Below are positions 35,261-49,125 of a DNA stretch of 64,000 nucleotides, piece after piece. This stretch comes from Lama glama. Its lineage: Eukaryota. The notes under the pieces were generated by a model that ran no database searches, was not told the origin of the DNA, and saw only the letters and a list, made by a program, of their open reading frames with translations. Each line of letters opens with the position of its first letter. Within the stretch, counting starts at the first letter, position 1. Location of the stretch: the NCBI GenBank assembly GCA_028534125.1, contig CM052816.1, forward strand, positions 66,776,001 to 66,840,000, read 5' to 3'. Position numbers and translations under genes: made by a program.

Positions 35261-38200
35261 CCCAGCCTGGGGTGGCACTAAATACAGAAAGGCCAAGAGA
35301 AGGCATAGTCAAGCCACCCAGCCACTAGCCATGGCACTATCAGGCCCAGAGAGACAAGCAGAGCAAAGGCCTTTTTTGAATTGTGGACCTTGATCAAAAG
35401 CCTAAAGAGCTGGAGAGATGCTCTGCCTTATCTTTTAGATCCAGGCCTAAATTAGAGGTGCAAGTCAGGAAATATGGTATTTCTATTAATGCTAAAGGGG
35501 AAAACAGTTTTGGAAGTTTTATGAGAAAGTTAGTATCTTTAAGTTAGAGAATTAACACTAGTGAGGCATTTAACCTCTGAGATCATCTGAACTGAATCCA
35601 AATTCCTGTTTCTCATGTTTGCCTTTATTATTCACCTTCCATGATGAGAATAGAGAGCTGCTTGAATCCCATCCAATTGTCTGTGCTGTGTTTTGTCCCT
35701 CAGACTGTTGATCTGACCACCAGGAACCATTTTTTCACTTCTAAATTCAACCACATTGCCTTTTTCCTGCAAGACCACCCACTTTTGACTTGGAAAAATT
35801 TCATCAGAAGGCATGTAAACAAATCATCTCATTCTCCAACATCTCTCTACTCCTCTGAACTGGGAGAAAAGTAGGCTTGTTTGTCACAGGTGTATTTCTG
35901 AGAGTCTGGGTGGACAGCAATAGTAATCCATAACAATTCATCTATGAACATTCTGAATTTTCCTGAGCAAGCCCCTCTGCAGCCCTGGCCCAGCCCCCAG
36001 CCCACCACACGTGATAGGTTCAGAGAGGACCAAAGCTCCTAGGTTCCAAACGACACTAACTGTGCTCATTCCTTCCATACTCAACTCTTCCTTCTGCTGC
36101 TGCCCAACCCTTTGTCATTAAACAACTTCTCTAGGGGAGAGGACCTCAGCTAGATTTCAGTTTCCTTATCAAGTCTGGGGAAATTTTTTCTGAACTGCAT
36201 TGTTAGTATAGCCTGATTAGAATACCATGGATTATGGGCCTGAGCTTTAGAAAACAAAGCAAGCAACACTCCTTTGAAATATGATATATATAGCCTTCCA
36301 GTCATCTTTGATAGTGACTCTTGGTAAAGTCTTAAATCCATTTAGGTATGCTGCTAAATGTGTTATAAAATTAGAAAAACACTGGCACCAGAATTTGTCC
36401 TTTAGGGTATTCATTTTTGAGTTGGAGGGGGAGCATCTAAGGGAAAGCAGATTTATAGCTGATGAATACACTCCGTACTTACCTACTTCCAGGGAGCCTG
36501 GAAAGTTCCAGGTCACCTGATTTTTCTACTTGCAAATTACAAAGCAGCTGTCATAAAGCAGAGGTGACTATATCATGCACCAAAATTCAAATTCCATTTT
36601 ACGTCACTTAATCATGATATAATCCTGTGTAATACGCAAAATAGTTTAAAGGATTATGTCTGCACAGAAGTCTATGGAAAACTCATTGTGAATTTTGAGG
36701 GGTGGGGTTAGTGTAGTTAAATATGACTTCAACTGACTTGATTATACGTTGCCATGGACTGCATTAACCAAATTTTAACTCTTTAACGAAGTGACTATAG
36801 ATTCTAAAATCTTTAGGGCTAGAATACCAGAGGATTTCTACTTATGAGTTAGATTTGTTGATGTAGAAAGACTTCTGCTGGTGTTCATAATTCTATTTTG
36901 CCTAGGAGAAGGAAGACAATGAGACATTTAAAAATATTTTGCTAATTCTAAGTCCCCCAAATCCCCTCAGATTATTGAGCCCAAGGGTTGGCATCACTGG
37001 ATTTGCCATATTCAGAACTCTGGCAGATGAGAAAGAAGTCTGAGGCACCAGCCCTTTGTATCTGACCTCAAGGGACCGCTTTGATTAGCTAAATGACCCT
37101 ACAGTCTTCCCTTGGAAATGGAAAATATTCCAAGATTTCTGTTCTTATCCAGATGTTGGAATGAATATGTGGAGTTGTTGGCTTATGAGAGTGAAACATA
37201 CACATGCATGCTTTTTATCATACAACTGCCTGGCCCTGCAGCTCTTACAGCGTCATCTCATCCATCTGGACCAGAGGAAGAGTGTGTAAGCGGAAGCCAG
37301 CTGGACCACAATTGGCACAGTTTCCGGTTCTGTTGACTCAGCACCATAGGCATGCTGTGATTCATTAGGCTTTTCACCTGGCTCTTCGCTTTATTAGAGA
37401 GACCCATGAAGTTGGAAGGTAAGGATTCTCCCTGAGGAAAGTTTGCGCTGACAGAATTACGGCATCCATAACAGCAACTGAAAAGTCTCAGGTACAAGCA
37501 TGAATAATACTAGAGAAAGATGAGAAAGTGCTTGACGGGTAAATGGTGAGATTTAAAATCTTTCTAGAACATAATACACTCTCTTCCCATTTTAAAATTA
37601 TAAATAAACATTTATCATCAAAAATTAACAGAGGAAATTAGTTTCCGTAGCATAAATTAAATTTTTCTCTGTTTTAAACAGGGGACAAAATGGAACTCCT
37701 CCTGTATGTGGTATCCTGTGCTGAAAGATGAGAGAAGTTTTAAAAAAATCATCTTGGCAACCCAGGCAGAATCCCTATCTTAGGTGTCTTCATATGTGAG
37801 TCATATCTAAAACTAGGACTACTGGGGTAGCAGAAAGTTGCAGTAAAAATCAAATCAACCTGCTAGAGAAACAATTTTCTCAAGGTTTTGCTGTACAAGT
37901 AAAGCTCCAGGCTTTGAGGAAAGAAAGTTATTTTCTGCTAGAAATCAAATGTTTAAAGAAGTACCTAATGTTGTCCTTGGGAAGGATGAGAGAAATGAAC
38001 ACATATCCTGAAGGGAAAAAGGTCAGGTAAGATAGTTTGAGTCAGGATTCAAAGCCAGAATCTAGAGGAACTAGTACTGGGAGAAAGGAAAAATAGGTGA
38101 GTTTCCTCGATGTCTTTTCAGGTGGGAAATAGCATCTTGCTTTAACTGCCAATAAAGCAAGAGCAGAATGAGCCAGAGGAAATGCATGTATCCAAGAAGC

Positions 38201-39728
38201 AGAAAAAAATGGATGATGCAGAAATCTGAAAACCCCTCCCAGGCTATATTATCTGCGTGTCCAAATGAACCCAAACTTTGAAGTTGATATGAGAGTTAGA
38301 TTAAGTGATGAGGTAGCTCACGGAGCCTTTGATGGAAACATAAATGAGGTAAAACTGATACATGGAGTGATACTGTTCATGTATGGAATATTGTCTAACT
38401 GAATGTTATGGGATTCTTTTGAAAACTTCTTTAAACGGTGAAACACCCAGTACACAAAGGTAATGATCACAAAGGTATACTGCAAATTTACCTTCTCGTT
38501 ACCTACTACTTTTCAGTTTTTCTCTCTAAAGGCCTTTTCCATAGCATAGAGAATTTGCTAGAATTTGCTGGGATCATTTGCCAACATTCCTGTGTCAGAG
38601 TCTCCCAAATCCAGTCTTTTTTTCCCCCCACTTTTCAGTTTGTGAAACGTTTCTGTGTGTGCAGGAGCAAGACAGTGACAGAGAGAGATAGAGTTTGATG
38701 GAAAAGGAAGGAGGGAGGAAAAGACAAAAGATGTTCCAGTGGACACTTGGCAAACACACACCTGAGAGCCATCCGCCTCACCTGAGCAACACCATTCTTC
38801 CCCCTGAAGCATCTCTTCCTTCTTTTCCCATTATATATATAGACACATACACATACATACATTATATATTATATATACACATTTTTCCCATTATATTTTT
38901 GAGATCCTGTTTAAGATATGTGACAAACAAGAGCCAAGGAAAATGAATTATTAGAGAACGTGAAATCTTAAACTTTAAATTTGATATGTGTACATCACAT
39001 ATTCTTCAGTGACATACATTATTGTATTAATGTATAAAGAATATATTAAGAATTTTTTAGTTAACTTCAAAACCCAAAAGGCATAAAATGTGCAAAGATG
39101 ACTTTTATTTCTAAGAATCCTAAAACCCCATTTCTTAGTCTACATAAAATACACTATTGAAATCATTTATTATGTAAGTTATATACTAGTTTCACACATA
39201 AACCAATCAGTTCCATGAGTTCCATGACTCATTCTTTCATGATTAATTAGAATGTATAAGGCTGGCTTTGCACAATTTAATGTGCTTGTGCCTTTTCTGT
39301 TACATTGCTGACTATAAAGTAGTGGTTCCCAAGGGACGAAGAGCACCACGTGTACTTGAAACAGCTCCTCAAGTGATTTTAATGCACTGCCTCCCCTACC
39401 CTCCCATCTTCAACAAAAGCACTGCCCTGGCTCACACCTGGAACACAGAGTCTCCACTTATTGCCAAAAACTCAAACTTTCAGGTGGAATATTGTCCTCC
39501 TCTTCTCCATTCCCCCTTTGATGACCATGTAGAAATTATAAGTGGAGAAACAATCAAAGAGAAAATTTTAATTGCTTTATTATTTTATTTATAGAAAATT
39601 GTCAAATAAAGATCTTATTAGAACTGGTTTCTGGAGATTGATAACCAATTATTTTTAGAGAAGAATCTCTTTGTTCCAAAACAAGCCAAACATTAATTGA
39701 GAAAACCATGAAATAAAAACTTCATTTA

Positions 39729-39994
39729 TACAGACTAGTGGTTACCAGGGGGGTGGAGGGTGGGAAGGGATAGACTGGGATTTTAAAATTGTAGAATAGA
39801 TAAACAAGATTACACTGTATAGCACAGGGAAATATACACAAAATGTTATGATAACTCACAGAGAAAAAATGTGACAATGAGTGTGTGTATGTCCATGAAT
39901 GACTGAAAAATTGTGCTGAACACTGGAATTTGACACAACATTGTAAAATGATTATAAATCAATTAAAAATGTTAAAACAAACAAACAAACAAAC
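39729..39994 (+). mobile_element. Young LINE-1 3' UTR insertion with a (CAAA)n tail
   Basis: Highly similar to 27527-27775. TSD AACTTCATTTA at 39718-39728 and 39995-40005. Confidence 0.95.
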
Positions 39995-40749
39995 AACTTC
40001 ATTTAGTCAAAAGTGTAAAATAAAGCACATTCCTACCCATTGCTCTTTGAAAATCTAACAAAATAACCATACACCTATATACAGATGTCGAAGAATAATA
40101 TATTAGATGTTTGGTTTTGTAATGAAAGTTGGAGTTTATTATTAGATAAAAACTGTTCCTTAAATATGTATGTAAATTAGACTGTCAGTGCCCTACAAAA
40201 AGTTAAAAACAAATCATCAAGGCTTTGAATCCACTACTATAATTGCTTCTTCTGGGTGGAGAAGTTCTAATTGTATATTGTAGATGCACACATAGGATTC
40301 TCAGGCAGGGAAAGAACTTATTCCTGCTAATCATCTAGGGTGAAGTGGAGGAGAAATGTTACCTATCATGGGCACAAGACGGGGAGTGTGGGATTTCTAG
40401 ACTGAGTTATGAGAATATAGATTTCCTTTTGGTCCAAGAAAGAAAACTAACCCTACCACCTGGTCTTCAAACAGAAACACTGAGCCTGACATTAACAGTG
40501 TTGAAATTCTAAACTTTCAATAAAAATATGTTCAACAGCATCCTTCAGTTTACTTGAGTATTTGGATTGTTAAAGATGAAGACAGCTTCTGTTCTTGGAG
40601 CAAGTTGGTACCAAAAGAGGATATATCCAGGAAAAGCCATTTGCCTGACTGAATAAGGTAACCTGGAAATCTTTGGGACCACAATGTTCTAGAGCTATAA
40701 TAGTGGCATGGGATTGGTGGGACAATCTACAAGTTGTTTTCAATTCCCC

Positions 40750-41360
40750 TCCCACAGTTTATCCAGGTCTAATCAATATTACCTCCCAAACACATCTTCA
40801 GGGGTCCATACCTTTCAAGGCCCCTTTGAGTCTCACCTGGATCACTATCATAGCTCTTGACTGCTCACCCTACTTCTAATCTTGCAGCTGCAATCCATCC
40901 ACATACAGATGACTCTTCTAATGCTATTAATCAACTCACGCCTACTCCCTACTTATAAGAATCCAGTGATATCTCAACACAGAACACTAAAATGCAAATC
41001 GCCATCAGGCTCTATAGGACCTGTCCCTGCTCCCCCTCTCTTTCAGCCTCACTCATGCATTCCAGCCAAGAGGGCTTTCTTCCTGGTCACTCAGACCTCA
41101 GCTTAAATACCCTGCCCTCAGAAAGCCCTGCCATGACTACCCTGCCACTGCTCACCCCATCACCAGAATGTAATTCTAGAACAGTGCTTACATTTTCCTT
41201 GTTATTTATTTTTTTGATGCTTATTGGCCAGTTTATTGGTTTGTTGGGTTATTGATTATTTCTTCCAACTGGAAGCAAGGCATTATGTCTACCCCCAGTG
41301 CCTGGAACAGTGCCTGGCATGTAGTGAGTAAGAGCTCAGTCAGTATCAGTTGAGTTGACC
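40750..41360 (+). mobile_element. LINE-2 3' region
   Basis: TCTCACCTGGATCACT, TCAGACCTCAGCTTAAAT, CCCCAGTGCCTGGAACAGTGCCTGGCATGTAG. Confidence 0.8.
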
Positions 41361-41739
41361 TGTGAGAATTCTTCACGGGTTGCCAGACATTGCTTTAGAA
41401 GAGAAATTCTACAAGACTCTTGCCATTTTGAGACAGTAGAGTAACCAGAATCATTACTGTTGAAATTTCAAATAAATGTCTCCTTATTTTGTATTCCAAT
41501 CTGATGAAGTGGGGCACACCAGTTAATCATTTTATACAAAAATTATTTTTAAATATTTAAAGTTATAACATTTGTTATTATTCCTTCCTTGATAGATAAT
41601 GTGGACCTGATCATATCAAATTCCTCTCTACTTAACAACCAAAGCCTACTGTCATTTCTGCCAATATCTTCTGACAAGCAGTCTCTTCCCATTCTTAACT
41701 CTGGACACATAGCAAAATGACACTTCTACAGCAATGACT

Positions 41740-41900
41740 GCAGTGCTTTGTGTTTGTTTTCAGGTCTACCCTCCCTATTACCACTGAGCTCTTAGAAGGG
41801 AGGTGGCCCACCCTATTCACACCTATATTTTAGCACCCAGAAGAGAACCCATTATCTGGTAGCTGTTTTTCCTATGAATTCAAAATGAATGAATAAAGAA
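41740..41900 (+). mobile_element. LINE-2 3' end fragment
   Basis: CTGAGCTCTTAGAAGGGAGG...AGCACCCAG...TGAATGAATAAAG tail. Confidence 0.55.
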
Positions 41901-42689
41901 AGGAAGGCTGATATTTAAAACATAAAATATAAATTTGGGGTTTTTCTACATTATGTTTTATTTTGAGATCCTCCAAAAAGGAGGGTATAGAGTTGATTGA
42001 ACCCTTCTGTAGTAGGCTTTGGAAAAGCATTACACAAAATGATGTATTTTATTTCATATCATTTCATTTTCAATGCAATGATAACTAACTGATCTAAGAT
42101 TGATTTACTTGCCCAACTGCATTTAAATTGGTTAAAGTTAATCCAATTAATTTAATAATATAACCCTGGCCAAGTCTGAATATAAAACATTTGAAACAAT
42201 GATTCTACTATACTTCAGGAAAAAAATCTGAACAGCAAGGAGTCAGCTAATCCAACAACATATTTCAGGGAAAACTACAGTCGGGTTGTAGATGTATTCA
42301 CCTGTATTTCTTTTTACTGTGTTATGGAGATTCCCAGGAATATTATTTTCTGGAGCCAGTTCTGATTTCAACTGTGGACAGAGTTTCAAATCATAAGATT
42401 TCTGGAAGAGATTAATTTCTAATTCCTCTAGGCTGGACAGCATGTCTCAAGCAGATTTCCATGACAGACTGATGCACTCTCAGCCTCTTTAGAGGAACAA
42501 TTCTTGATGGCTAAAGGCCTCAAACACTTTGGAAATTTAACCATCCCATGCGAATTTTTTTCCTAGAGCAGACTGTCAAATTGGCCTAACTCTGGAAGGT
42601 GATGAGTGAGAAGAAAACCCAAGGTTGGCCCAAAGGAGCAGTTGCTTCTTTCATCTTCCAAGATCCCAGCTGTTTCTACTCTTCATCAC

Positions 42690-42870
42690 TGGCAGTGTCC
42701 CTAATGCACAAACTGCAGCCACCTTGATGTCTATGTGCCTCTGTCTCCTTAATTCGACACTGAGCTTTGTGAGGACATATACTGTTTCTTAGTCATCCCT
42801 GCGTCCCTAGCTCCTAGTCAAGCACATGGCACACAGCAGATGCCTAAAAAAATATTTACTGCACTGAACA
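42690..42870 (+). mobile_element. LINE-2 3' end
   Basis: CTGAGCTTTGTGAGGACA...TGGCACACAGCAGATGCCTAAAAAATATTTACTG. Confidence 0.75.
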
Positions 42871-43659
42871 AAAGCAGGACTGGTGGTCTCACAAGGTTTC
42901 CAGATGTCTGCTTTTCCCTGCCACCGAATGATCCTCCAGTAACATCTTTCATTTCTGCTCTCCCCTTGGCTGTTCTTGGGCTTTAGGTAGGAGCTTGAGA
43001 GTTCTGACACCTGCTATAGATTAAGAATATTACCAAGTCATGTGAAAGGGGAAAAAAGCCTACTTGTTAAAAAGGGCCCATCTTAGATGAATACAAGAGA
43101 AACAATTATTATATAAAAAAATAAGAATGACTCAACCAGGAGGACTGGTTTATCTCTGAAATAAGTAGGCGCTTGAGTGAGATAAACAAACATTGCCATT
43201 GGCGACACAGCCTGCTTCCTGTTGCTAGGCAGAAATCAAGTTGGCTTTACTCAGACGGCAGTTTAAGTTTCTTAGCTGCTTCAGATGCTATTCCAGATAA
43301 GCTGAAAAGAAAGAGCATGGGGCAATGGAAAAGTGGGCTGCCCCCAACCCACTTAATATGTCTGCTGTGGTTGTTGTCCGACAATCTTAGAGAAACTCTC
43401 TTGGGGACATGGAGTTAGTAATAACTGGAAACCAAATGAGATCAAATGGGAGAGAGAACCAGGGCAACAGTTAAAAAAAAAAGTGCTTGATTACACTGTG
43501 ATTAGACGATTAAGACCGGGCAGACCTGTCAGACAGTGAACAAAGCTGGTAAAGAATGATCAGGGCCATGGGAAGGACAGCCTCATGGCAAAATCAGGCA
43601 AGTTCTCCAAGAATGATGAAAGGAAGCATTTAAAGCAACTTAAGAGGCCCTGTGTTTGA

Positions 43660-43850
43660 GTGGGAAATGGCACGAGTTTGGAATCAGACACACCTCTCTT
43701 TGGGATCCTAGCTCTATCCAGCTAAGACGTTTCTTAACTACTCAGGGCAATAGTGACTCATTTCTTAACTACTACAGGCAAGTTCCTTAATCTCTCTGAG
43801 TCTCAGTTTTCTCATTGCTAAAATGGGGACAAAAACTTGGTTATCAACTT
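43660..43850 (+). mobile_element. MIR SINE (partly duplicated core)
   Basis: TTTGGAATCAGACACACCT...GGCAAGTTCCTTAATCTCTCTGAGTCTCAGTTTTCTCATT. Confidence 0.78.
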
Positions 43851-44149
43851 TCTGAAAAATGTATATACAGTACACAAACATTTCTGTGTGTACTCTGAGG
43901 AGGTTCACAGACTCTCTGCAGCCCATTTTGAGTCTTGAGAGTAAAAACACCTCCCTAAAAATGTTCTGACCCTGGGATAGATTTGTTATTTCACAGGACT
44001 TTTCTAACTGGAAGATTGATGACAACAGAAGGACTATTAGGAAATTCCATTACTCATCAGTTGCAGTTTTCTTGTAACTAGTATCTCTATGCTTTGACAC
44101 ACATTAATAATTATTATAGTGATAAACCACACTCAACATTTTGCAGAGC

Positions 44150-44320
44150 ATAGCCCCAAATCAATTTGTGTGTGTGTGTCAGAATTACCTTGGTTGCTTA
44201 TTTAAAATCCAGAACTCTACCTCTGGAAATTCTAACCCAGAAGGCTTGGAGTGGGCCCAGGAATCTGCATTATTTTTAATATTATAATCCTGATCTTAGT
44301 TCTTATATAAAGTTTGAGGA
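44150..44320. mobile_element. MER5-like hAT-Charlie MITE
   Basis: TCAGAATTACCT...GGAGTGGGCCCAGGAATCTGCAT...AAGTTTGAG. Confidence 0.72.
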
Positions 44321-47289
44321 AAGATCAAATTTTAATCCTAGCTCATCTGGGTTTTATCACTCCAGGCAATACCCATGTGTTTGCTTTTCTGCATTGAATG
44401 CTCTACTCATTTAAAGTCACATAATAAACCAATACTTGATGTCCCACCATTTTGACTGATTCATCTGAAAGATCCCTTTCAATGTCAAAGCAAGATAATC
44501 CTGACTGAATGTGGAACTGAATCCAATGTTCTCAAGGTACAGAGTAGTCCAAATTTGTGCCTTAATGTTCATGTGAACCAGAGTTCATATATTTTGGGGG
44601 TTCTTAGGCATCCCCAGAGCACATGAAGAGGTGGACGCAAACACTAAAAGCAATGAAGAAGATAGTTTAGGAAAGCCAGACAAAAGATTGTAAAAGCCTC
44701 CCAGTATGGGGCCACTGATATACGGGCAAACAGCTCCATCCTTCCTAAGGCCTCATTACGTCTTACGGCAGGGAATATAATCAATGTCCCTGATGATGAC
44801 TTAAGTCATTAAAAAGTTGAAAATATGCATAGGATACTTTGCTTAAGAAGGAAGTCCAGTGCACAGTATACTTCAGATTTTCTATCCAAAATTTGTCCGT
44901 ACAAAACATTTTACTGTTCAGCTCTCAAGAAAAATGTGACTTTCTGGAATTATTTGTTTTTGAAATATGAAAGTATACACTATTTCATACCATAAAGAGC
45001 TCCCTAAGGATACTAAACAATTAAGCAGTCTCACTACCAACTCTGGCCCCACTTCAGTTGTAGCAGGAAAGACGTAGGAAGCTACCCAGAGATACAGATG
45101 TTTTTGACAGGAGGCAAAAGCAGGAGAGATTAATTTTCATCCTATTTGAAAAAGTGGGTTGTCTTCATCAAATTTTCCTTTTGTAAAAATGCATATACCT
45201 AGCCTGCCATGAAGAAAATTTCATAGTAACCGATAAATAGAAAAGCTTTAGACATAATCCTAATGCGGGAGGATTGACATACCACCAAATAGAAGAACAC
45301 AGAAGTTCAGGGAGAAAAGCAGCAGTGATGAGGGTTAAACCCCTGCCACCTAAGGTTCTGATTCGCTCTAACTGCTCAGTAAGCATCTGCAGTTAATGAC
45401 AAACTGACTCAGTTTAGGGCAGGTTCAAGGAGAGTAGCCTTAGAGTTACTGCAGACATTCAATGGATTCTCTCCAAGACAAATAGCATAAACCCCAGGGA
45501 TAAACGCTTGATAATTTTTCTAAAGAAAGTGACACCAAAGCTGCCATCAGGGTCATATATAATTAGTTTGCCATTAAAGAGACTTGAAAAGGCTCTACCC
45601 TGGGGACTTTCTTTTTCCTCACTCTGTGCCACTGTCTGAACAGGTTTAGGTTCCTTTTGCCTCTTCCTTTCACAAAAGCCAAGAACAATGGAGAGATAAT
45701 GGGCCCCCATTTAAGAAAGTGAAATTGGGAATTTAATATGCACCCTTCAGGTAATCCTTGATTACCTGGTGCTGTTGCCAACTGCAAAGCAAAGAATGAT
45801 GGTGGGTAGTAATTCCTACTTTTTTGGACGATTAAAAGTTCAAAGAGGGCACATAAAAAATAAATATAAGGTATCAGAAGGAGATTATTCCATACTTGAA
45901 TCGAATTACTTCCCTTTGGCAAAAGAACTGCATTTTCTTGTGAAATTCATTTTGGTTAAAGCAGTGAGCTGTGGCTGCCAGCTAGCCCTCTGTTAGAGAG
46001 GTGTGCTGGATGATTCCCAAGGAACAGGAGGCATTAGTAAGTTTGTTTTTCAGGCCATGGAAGCTAATGTCTGCTCTGATTCTGCTGTGTTTGTGTGTTC
46101 TTCCACATAACATTAAATATATTATTTAAACATCTAACTGGTGAAACTGGAGGTCCTGGAGGATTTGGGGAGAAACAAATTGAAACCATCTCAGAAAAAT
46201 TAAAACCCAAAAGGGAAATATAGACAGAATGGAGGAAGAGGGAAACAGACAACATGAAGAGAAAAAAAATGAATGGATTTTACCATTAATTCCCCCAATT
46301 AGATCAGGGCTTGACTGAGCTTAAATTTTCACTGTTAAGTATGATTTCACAAAGGGTATATCCACCAGACTTTTGATACAATGATCTGAAGACTGCCCTC
46401 CTCCAGGGAGGGATGTCAAAAAGGCTTTCTGCTATTGTGCAGGCATCTGGAAGCAAATCTATGCAGCAGAGCCGCCCTTGTCACCCTGATATCCTGGTTG
46501 TTTTCTTCACCTGGTAAGACATTATGAGCAGACCCCTGAGTAGCAGCGTACAGGAACCACAGTGAAATGACTTCAAAGGAAATGCCTGGGGCTAAGAAAT
46601 TATTCTCTGATTCTGTGAATCTTTAGGTACCACCTTCTCACCAGAGCCCTCTGTGGTTCAAGAGAGACTCCTTTTAGAGTCCAGACACTGATCATGTAAC
46701 AGAAAAGTGGATTAGTGAAAATTTATCCCATTTCATGCAAATGCTCTTAGTTCTAACCTATAACATCAGCCTGAAAGCCTGCCCTCTAAAGGAACTCTTA
46801 GAGGAAGAGGAACTGGAAAGTTGTTCTCTGATTCATGACTCCAGCTCCAGCTGTATTTATGATAATGGGCCCGTGCTGAGTGCCCTTGGGAAAATGTGTA
46901 TTTTGGGGAGGAAGATGCCTGGACAGTATATTGAGATTTCCTGTGCAGCCATGAGCAATCTGTGATTTAATGAGTATATTTATAGATACATTACAGGTCC
47001 TTTATCATTTCAGAAATCAATGAAGTAATTTCCAAAGGAAGTTAGAGGGATCTGTGGCTATCAGCTGCCCTGACTTAATTTATCATAAAGAAAAAAAAAA
47101 AGAATTCATCCATTAGGGAAAACTGGAAATGGAACAATTTACCAGGAGGAAAACTTAACTTTGATACAGTTGAATGAAAAGTTGTATAAAGGAAGATGCT
47201 ATCTAAAACAAAAACATATAGTGCTTCTAGTGGTTAAGTCTTTTTTTTTTTAATGATTAAAGCATTCTTTATGTCTCTACTACAACAAG

Positions 47290-47550
47290 CACTTAATGAA
47301 AACAGCTGTCATTTGCCAGGAACTTGTTGCTTGCCAGCTTCCTGCTAAATACTTTGTATTTTACCTCTTTCAATCCTTATACCCAAGCAGTAATTTACAG
47401 ATAAGGAGAAATGAGGCTCCAAGAGATGTAACAATTCTAATTCCTACAGAGGGACTAATAACTTGTCCAACTCACACAGTCAGGTAAAGGGGCACAATTG
47501 GCTTTGAACCCAATTCTATCTTACTCCAAACCCATGCTCTATATCACTAT
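47290..47550 (-). mobile_element. MIR SINE
   Basis: TTTACAGATAAGGAGAAATGAGGCTCCAAGAGA...AACTTGTCCAACTCACACAG...TTTGAACCC. Confidence 0.8.
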
Positions 47551-47613
47551 ACCATATTTCCATCACTCTATTAAACTTATTCAACAACTTGCATAAACAG
47601 GTGTGATCTGATC

Positions 47614-47792
47614 TTTTTTTTAACTTATTTTTATTGAAGTATAGTCAGTTTACAGTGTTGTGTCAATTTCTGGTGTATAGCACAATACTTTGGTTACATA
47701 GGAACATACATATACTTGTTTTCATATTCTTTTTAATCATAAGTTGCTGTAAGATATTGAATATAGTTCCCTGTGCTATGCAGTAAGAAAAC
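47614..47792 (-). mobile_element. LINE-1 3' terminus (camelid/artiodactyl type)
   Basis: TTTTATTGAAGTATAGTCAGTTTACAGTGTTGTGTCAATTTCTGGTGTA...ATAGTTCCCTGTGCTAT. Confidence 0.88.
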
Positions 47793-47799
47793 TTTTTAA

Positions 47800-47950
47800 A
47801 TTTCTTTTGTTTGTTTGTTTGTTTGTTTGTTTATTTTGGTGGAGGGAGTTAATTAGCTTTTATTTATTAATTTTTTTAATGGAGGCACTGGGCATTGAAC
47901 CCAGGACCTTGTGTTTGCTAGGCATGGGCTCTGCCACTTTCCCTCACCCC
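47800..47950 (-). mobile_element. tRNA-derived SINE (Vic-1-like) with a (CAAA)n tail
   Basis: TTTTAATGGAGGCACTGGGCATTGAACCCAGGACCTTGTGTTTGCTAGGCATG; same family as 1048-1192. Confidence 0.85.
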
Positions 47951-47999
47951 TTGATCTACTGATAAATTCGTTTCACTCTATGTTTGAATATAAATGCAC

Positions 48000-48270
48000 A
48001 CACACACATCCAATTTACTTATTCACCCCTTCAACAGATACTTATTCATTGCAAACCTTGGGTCAAATCCATGCTAAGGCCAGGAAACCTGACAATGAAA
48101 ATATAAGGACTCTCATTTCAATGAGTTTATAGCAGAGAGATCAAAAAAAAAAAAAAAGACAGGCTTTAATAACACAGTATGTGCAGGAATTAAAGAAAGC
48201 ACAAAGTGATGAAAGCAGAGAAGGGATGGGGCCTTATTCTCCAAACAGTCTTGGGAGACTTCCCTGCTCA
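48000..48270 (-). mobile_element. LINE-2 3' fragment
   Basis: TTCAACAGATACTTATT...CATGCTAAGGCCAGG...GAGTTTATAG. Confidence 0.5.
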
Positions 48271-48889
48271 CGTCAAATTACCAAAGATTTTCCCAAAGCT
48301 ACTGATCTCAATTCAAATTTAAGATAATAGCAAAGGAGTCGAGGTTGTTTACTTGGTTTGAGGAAAACTCCCATCTGGGTTTATGCAGAGCGCACAGGAA
48401 AGGGCGTACTTCAAGACAAGGGAAATCTCCCTCTCCCAAATATAGAACCTCTAGGAAACTGGGCTCTCAATTTAGAAACCAACTTCAAACCGTGGTGCTT
48501 GCAGAGCGGGTGGGTTGAGGTGAAGCACAAGTTTGGAGCCGCTATATGTATTACATTTTCCTTCTTTCCATTTCCTTGGCAATCCAAGAATTAGGTACAA
48601 AAAGACTTGCAAACAATAATTTTCATTTTGTCTGCACATAATAGACTATGTGTTTCCCTGGTTGGCAAAACATGAGTTTCTCTTCAAAATTAAAGCTTTC
48701 AAGATAATGAGAAATGACTTTCAAAAGCTGTAATATTTCTTCTGTGAAAGCACTGTTGAATAGTCCCTGCAGTAACTAAATCCTACTTTTTGTTCCTGGC
48801 TGAAAAAGGAAAATGTCTTGTAAATATAAATGTGAGAAAAATGATAAGGAGAGACAGCATGCTGGAAGGGTGAACATGACTGTTAAATG

Positions 48890-49125
48890 TTATTAAGATG
48901 CACCCTGGTCCAGGTTGTATATTTTACCCCATGCATTCATTTATCTCAATCAACTCTCATAAAAGTCTTATGAAATAAGCCAGCTCAGTTTTTCTTCTCT
49001 GCTTTCCATTTGAGGAAGAAGAGTCTCTAAAATTATCACAACCTCCCTGGAGATCATCTAACTAATAAAAAGGATCAGAAGCTGAATGCAGTTCTACCAG
49101 AATCTGAGTTCAGCGCTCTCCACTG
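48890..49125 (-). mobile_element. MIR SINE
   Basis: TCATTTATCTC...TGAGGAAGAAGAGTCT...GGAGATCATCTAACTAATAA. Confidence 0.55.

Noticed and set aside
38823..38896. TTTTCCCATTATAT repeated around a TA/CA tract
   Set aside because: Slippage-derived low-complexity sequence.
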